Assembly: GCA_001774395.1 (NCBI GenBank)
Contig: MEZX01000002.1
Location: 160,753-224,752 of the forward strand
DNA: 64,000 nucleotides
Source of the DNA: Candidatus Berkelbacteria bacterium RIFCSPLOWO2_01_FULL_50_28
Lineage (GTDB): Bacteria; Patescibacteriota; UBA1384; 2-12-FULL-50-11
Direction: 5' to 3'
Shown here: piece by piece, positions 59,041 to 64,000 of the stretch
How the letters are laid out: each line of letters begins with the position of its first letter
Numbering within the stretch: the stretch's first letter is position 1
Notes under the pieces: model-generated
What the model was told of the DNA's origin: nothing
Seen by the model: only the letters and a program-made list of their open reading frames with translations
The model's database searches: none
Position numbers and translations under genes: made by a program

Positions 59041-59061
59041 TTAGTGTTATTAATACACTAA
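59041..59061. promoter_or_regulatory. NrtR-type autoregulatory operator overlapping the nrtR promoter
   Basis: Perfect TTAGTGT-N7-ACACTAA next to the start codon; TTGACA upstream on the minus strand. Confidence 0.8.
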
Positions 59062-59259
59062 TTACTGAACGTGTCAAGGCCTGAAATCTCCTGTCTCTCT
59101 AGACTTTGACGATGTCACCCGGTTCCATTCGTTTCGCTTCAATCCAGCCATCGGAAATATTCCGTCGGCTCTTACTCGCGTCCTTCCCCGGTTGCTATCT
59201 TGACTCGACGGACAGATTATTGTAGAGTTTGCTTTATCTCTGATGGGAGGAGAAACGGC

Positions 59260-59415
59260 ATGAAGAAATGTCAAGTGCGAGCTCTAAGTGAGTCCGCGCG
59301 CCTCAAGGCCATGGGCATCACAATGTCCAAGACCAAGGGCAAAAGAGGTAAGAGAAATCGGAGGGTGAGAGAGCAGGATCGAGCCTACCGCAATTCACGT
59401 GGTTCACGTTGGTAG
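59260..59415 (+). CDS. Small highly basic protein
   Basis: GGAGG SD; K/R-rich 51 aa; terminator-like hairpin at ~59456-59490. Confidence 0.5.
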   Translation: MKKCQVRALSESARLKAMGITMSKTKGKRGKRNRRVREQDRAYRNSRGSRW

Positions 59416-59626
59416 CTCTGATCGACATCGAGGTGTGACAACTGAGCCGCTGCCCCAGGCCTGCCGGAGAACCCGGTGGGCCTCTTCTTAATAGCCGAAC
59501 TCTAACTATACCTGCGGCGGTAAATATCGTTACTGCAAATAACTATGATTGTCCGGTAGCTCAGATGCTTGATCCTCTGAACCGACACTGATATAGTTAC
59601 GCGGTATTCTACGGGGAGGGTTTCAT

Positions 59627-60307
59627 ATGGACATTATCATCCTTGCCGGGGCCGATAAGGCTACCGAGCGAAAGACCAAGTCGGGACACAGCTACCGCGA
59701 TGCCGCGATCATCGCTGTTTCCAAGATCAACGCCAACCGAACGGTGGTCGTGACAAAGTGGACTCTTGGAGCGCTGGGCGGCGGCAACGTAGTCGCTACT
59801 CATGGCGGGTCAAGCCTGGCAGAGAGCCTGGGTAACGGCCTGAAGCAATGTACGACAGCAGACTGGGTACTGATCGTCGCGGCCGACTTGCCCCACATCA
59901 ACGCGACAGCGGTGGAGGACTTCCTCCAAAAGGTCGAACGAGCCTCAAGCACGAACAGCAACTCGGACGTCTTTGTTGGATATGCTTCGATGGAAGACTG
60001 TAGACGCCTCAACCACACCAGCCACCGTTCGATCATTCTGGACGGGGCGGCGGTCAAGCTAGCCAGCGTTTTTCTGGTCCGTCCGCAGGTTCTGATAGAC
60101 CAGAGCGGGGTGATCGGCAAACTCATCGCTAAGCGCAAAAGCGTCCTGGCCATCGGCCTGAAGCTGCTCGGGTTCAAGACAGCCCTGAAGCTCTTGAGAC
60201 AGGGGGCCTTCAAGCTCTCAGAGCTGGAAGCGGCACTGGCAAAGAAGAAAGTCATGGCCAAGGGCATTAGAGTCCAGGCCGAGTTAGCGGTCGACGATGA
60301 CACCTAG
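59627..60307 (+). CDS. NTP-transferase (MobA/GT-A-like) domain protein
   Basis: IILAG, SL..SL..GL, VLIVAADLPHI. Confidence 0.8.
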   Translation: MDIIILAGADKATERKTKSGHSYRDAAIIAVSKINANRTVVVTKWTLGALGGGNVVATHGGSSLAESLGNGLKQCTTADWVLIVAADLPHINATAVEDFLQKVERASSTNSNSDVFVGYASMEDCRRLNHTSHRSIILDGAAVKLASVFLVRPQVLIDQSGVIGKLIAKRKSVLAIGLKLLGFKTALKLLRQGAFKLSELEAALAKKKVMAKGIRVQAELAVDDDT

Positions 60308-60444
60308 GGGTCGTCACGGGGGGCTTCTCTACGGGTCGTCAGGAAATCTGGCGACCTCTTTAATAGTGGATACCACCTCTCCGGCAGCAATTTTCAGGTT
60401 ACTTTTCTCATCTCCACGCACTTCCGGTATTCTGAAATTGAGTA

Positions 60445-63132
60445 ATGGAAAATTTCTGGGCTGTTCCCAAGACAGCCGTTCTTAAAGAGCTCCAGACGGA
60501 CGAAATACACGGCTTGAGTTCGCGTGAAGCTCGCTCGCGGCTGACCAAACACGGATTCAACGAGCTAGCCATCAAAGAGCGCGACACAACCGCGGCCGTT
60601 TTGGGACGTCAGTTTGCCAGCCCGCTCGTGGCAATACTGCTCGTGGCGCTTATATTGAGCCTGTCACAGCAACACGTCACTGACGCCATAATCATTGCGA
60701 TGGTGGTGATGATAAATGCCCTGATCGGTTTTTTCGAGGAGGATCGGGCTCAAGACGTTATTGCCAAGCTACGGCAGATCCTAGCCCCTCATGCCAGAAT
60801 AATTCGCGACTCAACTGAGGAGAAGATTGGGGCACGACTATTGGTAGTGGGAGACATCATTAAGCTTGAGGCGGGCGATCGCGTTCCGGCTGACGTTCGA
60901 ATTATTGGCGGCAGAAACCTACGGGTAAACCAAGCTTCCTTAACGGGCGAGGCGGTGCCAGAGTTTAAACGCGATACTGTGCTGGCCGAGAAGACACCGT
61001 TGGCCGACCGTGACAATATGGCGTTTTTGGGTAGCCTCGTTGTAAGCGGGGCGGCGCTCTGTGTGGTAACGGCTACAGGAATTGGTAGTGAGGTGGGCAA
61101 GATTACCCGAGAGGTTGTCCAGGTTCGTCGTACGCAGAGCGATATTACCCGCAAGCTGAATTATTGGGCTCGTCTCATTGGCATTGTTTCGGTCCTACTC
61201 TCTGCTCTTGCTCTCTTGGTTGGTTTGGGTCGAGGCATCCCTCTGATCGAAATGCTCAAAACTTCAATTTCACTACTCGTTTCTTTGGTGCCCGAGGGGT
61301 TACCGATTGCACTAACGGTTACATTGTCGGTCAGCCTGCGGCGGGTTTTTCGCTCCCGAGCGGTGCTACGTAAACTTAGTTCAGCCGAAACGTTGGGAAG
61401 CGTGACAATAATTTGTGTTGATAAAACTGGAACACTTACCGAAGGGATGATGGTCGCAGAGCGTCTTATTACAGGGGCAAAAGAGTATCTTGTGACGGGT
61501 CGAGGGCTCTCTCTTAGCGGCTCGTTCGTAAGTGAAGGGGAGAAGGTTGACGTCGCTAAGACGCCGGCCTTGAGACTACTACTAGAGCTAGCCTCGCTCT
61601 CCACTACTTCAACGATAAATAAACGAGACCTGCACAGCGATCGAGCCCGAGAGTTATCCGATCCAACCGAGACGGCGCTGGCCGTGGTGGCGGCAAAGGC
61701 GGGCCTTTATGCCTTTGAACAAAACGAAGAGCACCCAGAGGTAATAGAAGTGCCGTTCGACCAGCTGTTGCGATACTCGGTGTCTGTTCACAAAATGGAC
61801 GGCAAAAATCGTTACATCGTAAAGGGCTCGCCAGAGCGGATCATAAAGCTAGCTACTAAACAGCTAACCTCGACGATGTCTGAGGTAAGACTTGACCGTC
61901 AAAGCCGGGAAAAATTGGAACATATTGCCGAGTCCTACGCCGAGACTGGCTACCGGGTGGTGGCGCTAGGTTTTGTCGATAAACGGTCGGTCGAGTCCCA
62001 GCGACCGGAAAAAGTGGACGATCTAACGTTCGTTGGCCTGTTTCTGCTAAGTGATGCCATTCGTTCAACGGTTCCCCAAGCAATCGTGGAAGCCCAGGAG
62101 GCGGGTTTGAAGGTTATGATGATTACTGGTGATCATCTACTAACGGCCGAACACATCGGCGCCCAATTGGGCTTAATTAATGGTGGAAAAGTAATGCATG
62201 CGGACGAGATTAGCGGTTGCGATATGGCCGATGTGAGCATTATCGCCCGCGCCACTCCGTCGTCGAAACTGCTTATTGTTGAAAAACTGCAACGGCGAGG
62301 CGAGATTGTGGCGATGACTGGGGACGGCGTTAACGACGCTCCGGCTTTGAAGAAGGCCGATATCGGTATTGCGATGGGACTGCACGGGACTGACGTGGCG
62401 ATTGAAGCAGCCGATATGGTGTTGTTGGATAACAACTTCGCATCCATAACCGCTGCTGTCAAAGAAGGCAGGCTGATCTGGAACAATCTGCGCAAGATTA
62501 TTTTTCATCTTACCTCAACCAGCTTTGGCGAAGTGGCAATTATTATTCTAGCCTTGATGTTCGGCTGGCCGCTGCCGCTTATGGCCGTGCAAATTCTTTG
62601 GCTCAACCTAGTTACGGACGGCGCAACCTCCATGGCCTTAACGATTGAGCCGGCGGAGACCGATTTGATGCACCAGCGGCCCCGATCACCCGAAGCCAAA
62701 ATTATCGACTCGGGGATGCTATTTAGAATGATCTTGGTATCCTTGGCGATGGCTGGCGTCTCGCTTTGGCTATATTGGGCGTCTCTGCCAAGTGGGGTCG
62801 AGTACGCCCGCAGTACCGTACTAACATTCATGGTTTTTGCCCAAGTATTTAACTTATTCAATGCCCGTTCGGAAACTCGCTCGGTTTTCATATTGAAGTT
62901 TGGCCAAAATCACCTGTTGATTTGGCTAAGCCTGCTCTCGATCGTCCTTCAGTTCATCGCGATCTACTTCCAGCCACTTAGCCAGGCGCTGGGGCTAGTG
63001 CCGTTGACGTGGCAAACAGTGGGCACAGCTGCCCTCCTAGCCAGTTCGATCCTCTGGGTGGATGAAGTGCGCAAGTTAACTCGGCGTCTGTTACTGGTGT
63101 GGGCGAGGCTACAAAACACTTTTACGGCGTGA
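60445..63132 (+). CDS. Cation-transporting P-type ATPase (type II)
   Basis: LTGE, PEGL, DKTGTLT, TGD, GDGVNDAPALKKAD. Confidence 0.96.
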   Translation: MENFWAVPKTAVLKELQTDEIHGLSSREARSRLTKHGFNELAIKERDTTAAVLGRQFASPLVAILLVALILSLSQQHVTDAIIIAMVVMINALIGFFEEDRAQDVIAKLRQILAPHARIIRDSTEEKIGARLLVVGDIIKLEAGDRVPADVRIIGGRNLRVNQASLTGEAVPEFKRDTVLAEKTPLADRDNMAFLGSLVVSGAALCVVTATGIGSEVGKITREVVQVRRTQSDITRKLNYWARLIGIVSVLLSALALLVGLGRGIPLIEMLKTSISLLVSLVPEGLPIALTVTLSVSLRRVFRSRAVLRKLSSAETLGSVTIICVDKTGTLTEGMMVAERLITGAKEYLVTGRGLSLSGSFVSEGEKVDVAKTPALRLLLELASLSTTSTINKRDLHSDRARELSDPTETALAVVAAKAGLYAFEQNEEHPEVIEVPFDQLLRYSVSVHKMDGKNRYIVKGSPERIIKLATKQLTSTMSEVRLDRQSREKLEHIAESYAETGYRVVALGFVDKRSVESQRPEKVDDLTFVGLFLLSDAIRSTVPQAIVEAQEAGLKVMMITGDHLLTAEHIGAQLGLINGGKVMHADEISGCDMADVSIIARATPSSKLLIVEKLQRRGEIVAMTGDGVNDAPALKKADIGIAMGLHGTDVAIEAADMVLLDNNFASITAAVKEGRLIWNNLRKIIFHLTSTSFGEVAIIILALMFGWPLPLMAVQILWLNLVTDGATSMALTIEPAETDLMHQRPRSPEAKIIDSGMLFRMILVSLAMAGVSLWLYWASLPSGVEYARSTVLTFMVFAQVFNLFNARSETRSVFILKFGQNHLLIWLSLLSIVLQFIAIYFQPLSQALGLVPLTWQTVGTAALLASSILWVDEVRKLTRRLLLVWARLQNTFTA

Positions 63133-63149
63133 AGGGGTACAATTGGGCT

Positions 63150-63527
63150 ATGAGTAGCCACACGGTGTTGATAGTTGAAGACAACGAAGAATTGCGCCAT
63201 CTCTACAAGGAGGAGTTTAGCCATAATAACTTTGAAGTCTTGGAAGCCGAGGACGGTGATGTTGCCGTTACTAGCGCTGTAACAAACGCGCCCGACGCGA
63301 TTATTCTTGACTTGATGCTACCGCGCCAAGGGGGCATTAGAGTTTTGCGGGTGTTGCGGACGCTGCCAGAGACAAAACATCTGCCGATTGTTATCCTGAC
63401 CGCACTGCCCAATCCAGAGTACAGAGAGCAGACTATCGATAAGGTTCAGGGGTACTTTCTTAAAACTGAAATTCGACCAAAAGATTTAGTTGCCAAAATA
63501 CGCGAGATTATCGACGAGCGGCAGTAA
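63150..63527 (+). CDS. Single-domain response regulator
   Basis: VLIVEDN, PDAIILDLMLP, PIVILTA. Confidence 0.9.
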   Translation: MSSHTVLIVEDNEELRHLYKEEFSHNNFEVLEAEDGDVAVTSAVTNAPDAIILDLMLPRQGGIRVLRVLRTLPETKHLPIVILTALPNPEYREQTIDKVQGYFLKTEIRPKDLVAKIREIIDERQ

Positions 63528-63603
63528 GCTGCCTTGTCGTAATTCTCCTTCGTCGAATTATCGACGCACGAGCCGAGATATAGTAGAATTACAGAAGTAT
63601 TTG

Positions 63604-63677
63604 GGTCTCGTCGTCTAGTGGCCAAGGACACCTGGTTCTCATCCAGGAGATCACGGGTTCGACTCCCGTCGAGACCG
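63604..63677 (+). tRNA. tRNA-Glu(CTC)
   Basis: GGTCTCG/CGAGACC acceptor; CCTGG-TT-CTC-AT-CCAGG; TTCGACT. Confidence 0.93.
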
Positions 63678-63792
63678 CAATCACCTTGTTCTTTATATCG
63701 AGGCCAAATCTGTTGACTTTATATGATTTAGTTAGTACAGTCACTTAGTATCATTAGTAGCTTAATTCGGAGACGGATCTATACCATAAGGT

Positions 63793-63867
63793 GCCCCGGT
63801 AGCTCAGTGGTAGAGCGCTGCCTAGATAAGGGAGAGGCCAGGGGTTCGAATCCTTTCTGGGGCACCA
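63793..63867 (+). tRNA. Atypical tRNA, apparent anticodon GAT (Ile-like)
   Basis: GCCCCGG/CTGGGGC-A-CCA; canonical D and T arms; anticodon arm CTGCC-TA-GAT-AA-GGGAG. Confidence 0.75.
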
Positions 63868-64000
63868 AGATTTCCCGGGCAAACCACGTTTGCCCATCCG
63901 TCCCTGTCTTAAGTTAGAAAGAGAGCCCAGTTGGGCTCTCTTTTGATAAAGCAATGGAGGATGGTCGAAACCATCCTCCATGGGACGTGGCGCTATACAC

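Noticed and set aside
59550-59590. tRNA-like start (GGTAGCTCAG)
   Set aside because: Folds as a simple hairpin; no T-arm or acceptor end.
63875-64000. c-di-GMP riboswitch (GGGCAAACC) or another tRNA at the window end
   Set aside because: Only simple hairpins are visible and the second riboswitch stem is absent; the sequence is truncated.

Overview
Chromosomal window of a bacterium using genetic code 11. Gene content, short leaders, pilin-rich loci and AT-rich intergenic repeats point to CPR/Patescibacteria (inferred). Core genes include groES-groEL, a type IV pilus locus, efp-rpsR-ssb-rpsF, a Xer-type recombinase, ndk, a WecA/MraY-type transferase, intein-containing dnaE, purD, rpmA-rplS-yraN-gltX, a P-type ATPase and three tRNAs. 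Two accessory regions stand out. (1) 9.0-15.3 kb: unrelated genes separated by seven copies of a ~20-bp direct repeat (TTCCCGCCAAAAGAAAACGGCT), resembling a non-integron gene-cassette array. (2) 32.9-36.3 kb: a transcription unit divergent from a TrmB-type regulator. It has a ~760-nt structured non-coding leader containing a 136-nt miniature tmRNA-like RNA, followed by five small genes, each downstream of a copy of a conserved two-hairpin motif. Other notable points are three outer-membrane beta-barrel-like proteins in a presumed monoderm, an apparent ACG start for pilC, an NrtR-controlled radical SAM gene and an atypical tRNA. All calls come from reading the sequence; no database searches or folding programs were run.
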